NCBI GenBank assembly: GCA_035221665.1
Contig: CM069134.1
Span: 69,688,001 to 69,752,000, forward strand
DNA: 64,000 nucleotides
Reading direction: 5' to 3'
Source of the DNA: Okamejei kenojei
Taxonomy: Eukaryota
Of this stretch, positions 62,230 to 64,000 are shown one piece after another. The number at the start of each line of letters is the position of its first letter. Within the stretch, counting starts at the first letter, position 1. The position numbers and the translations under genes were made by a program. Under the pieces are notes generated by a model that searched no databases, was not told the DNA's origin, and saw only the letters and a list, made by a program, of their open reading frames with translations.

Positions 62230-63880
62230 TTGTTAAGCCACTAATATTTTGGAGACCATTAGTAAAGTAATCTCACGGACGTCACGACACTCCTGAGATA
62301 GCAATGATGAATCTTCCAGACATTGTTCGTTGATTAATAGCTTCTTTATTGTAGAAATACAGAACAATGAAATAACTCTTAACTTCCGTTCTTAATCATC
62401 GTCCCAATCATGCTCATGGTCATGATGATAATGTGTCGTAGACATGGTAGAAAACTGTATCATCTCATGGCTCCGACATCAAAACAGAAACTAATCTATC
62501 TGAGCGTCTGCGCTAAATTCTTCTGGCTAAAAACACACCCAGACTATGCAAATAACTCCACCCACAGGCAGATAACAATTTTTACAGGTAACTAGACATG
62601 TGGCTATAATAAACGTACTTAATCTAAATGGCTCCTACTTACTTTCCCCTAAATGTTCTGAAAAAATAACGAGGCAATTACTAATAGACATTAAAAAATG
62701 GAGCTATAAAAGCTTAACATATATCAAAAAACAAAAATAACATGCAATATATATCAGCATTCAGACTTTTTTTTTACAATAGGTGCAGGATTAGGCCGTT
62801 CGGCTCTTCGAGCCTGCACCGCCATTCAATGTGATCATGGCTGATCTCCCCAATCAGTACCCCGTTCCTGGTTCTCCCCATATCCCCTGACTCTGCTATC
62901 TTTAAGAGCCCTATCTAGCTCTCTCTTGAAAGCATCCAGAGAACCGGCCTCCACGCCCTCTGAGGCAGAGAATTCCACAGACTCACAACTCTCTATGTGA
63001 AATATTCTTTAGCGATTCTTCACATCTTCATTTTTACCTTCCAGTAGCAGACATATCTTGGTTATCGGTCTCACCAAGGCATTATTCTTAGTCTGAAGTT
63101 GTACTCATCGCACCAAACCTTTAACATCCGTCATGATTTCTAGTATCTTTCCCATCAACCAAGAACCTCGTGCTGCAGTAGAATCAGCCACCAAAACAAT
63201 ATCAACTGGAATAAAATTTATTTTTACTTGCAACCATCGTTGCCGTTCTTGGATTAGAGACAAATATTCTTGTGTCCATCTTTTCCAAAAAAAAAGCCAT
63301 ACATTCTACTTGTTTCCACCTGCATCTAATATACACATCTTCTTTCATAAAGAGCCCAGGTGGTAGTATTGGATTGATCTTCAACAGAAGAATATGATTT
63401 GGTGTAGATGCTTCCAGGTCATTTGGATCATTAGAACTCTTGGTAATGGGTCTATCATTTAAAATTGCTTCAACTTCACAGAATAAAGTTTGCAATCCTT
63501 CATCGTTCAGAACTTGCTTATGTTTATGTGAACTTGTTTATGAACCAAGCGTAGCACATTTCAAACCATGCGGATCAATTGTTCCCAACGCCACCATGAT
63601 GAGATCCCGCAGGAGGATTAAAGTTGCTTCTCTCAATTCCCTTTCCGCCCCAACAAAATTTGTACCGTTATCTGATCTCAGTGATGAAACTTGACCTCGT
63701 CGACAGATAAATCTCCATAATATGTGAATACAGGTGTCTGTGTCAAGTGTAGATGCAACTTCAAGATGTGCTGCTCTGCTTGCCATGCAAGTGAAGATTA
63801 CACCATACCTTTTCACAAGACTTCATCCTCGCTTAACCTCAATAGGACCAAAGTTATCTACTCCCACATCTGTAAGTATC
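62230..63880 (-). mobile_element. BEL/Pao integrase plus probable 3' LTR, with nested CR1 tail (62768-63005)
   Basis: [51 protein letters not shown] bounds are approximate. Confidence 0.85.
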
Positions 63881-63887
63881 AGTCTGT

Positions 63888-64000
63888 AGCAGTCTTTCCA
63901 AGTGAGGCAGAGGTTCACCTGCACCTCCTCCAACCTCATCTATTGCATCCGCTGCTCTAGGTGTCAACTGCTCTACATCGGTGAGAACAAATGCAGGCTT
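63888..64000 (+). mobile_element. Penelope GIY-YIG fragment running off the window
   Basis: FQVRQRFTCTSSNLIYCIRCSRCQLLYIGE. Confidence 0.85.

Overview
Eukaryotic, repeat-saturated genomic DNA, almost certainly from a cartilaginous fish (skate/ray-like). This is inferred from the HE1/V-SINE-type tRNA-SINEs together with abundant CR1 and Penelope remnants. No host protein-coding exon could be recognised. The window is a stack of decayed, nested retroelements: three near-full-length DIRS1-like tyrosine-recombinase (YR) retrotransposons (17248-21917 +, 34237-38876 -, 50751-55373 -), a class I (epsilon-like) ERV, two Gypsy and two BEL/Pao LTR remnants, CR1, L1, Rex1/Babar and Hero-type LINEs, Penelope fragments carrying hammerhead-ribozyme motifs, about 10 SINEs and three non-autonomous Helitron-like elements with minisatellite cargo. 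The most interesting signal is in the three divergent DIRS copies. Each YR ORF lacks an ATG and begins at a conserved TTTGCAG acceptor, and a matching phase-0 donor lies two codons after the pol start position. This suggests that the whole RT-RNaseH-methyltransferase region is an optional intron, within a splicing programme producing gag, pol and YR. All family assignments are by motif recognition; no database search was run.
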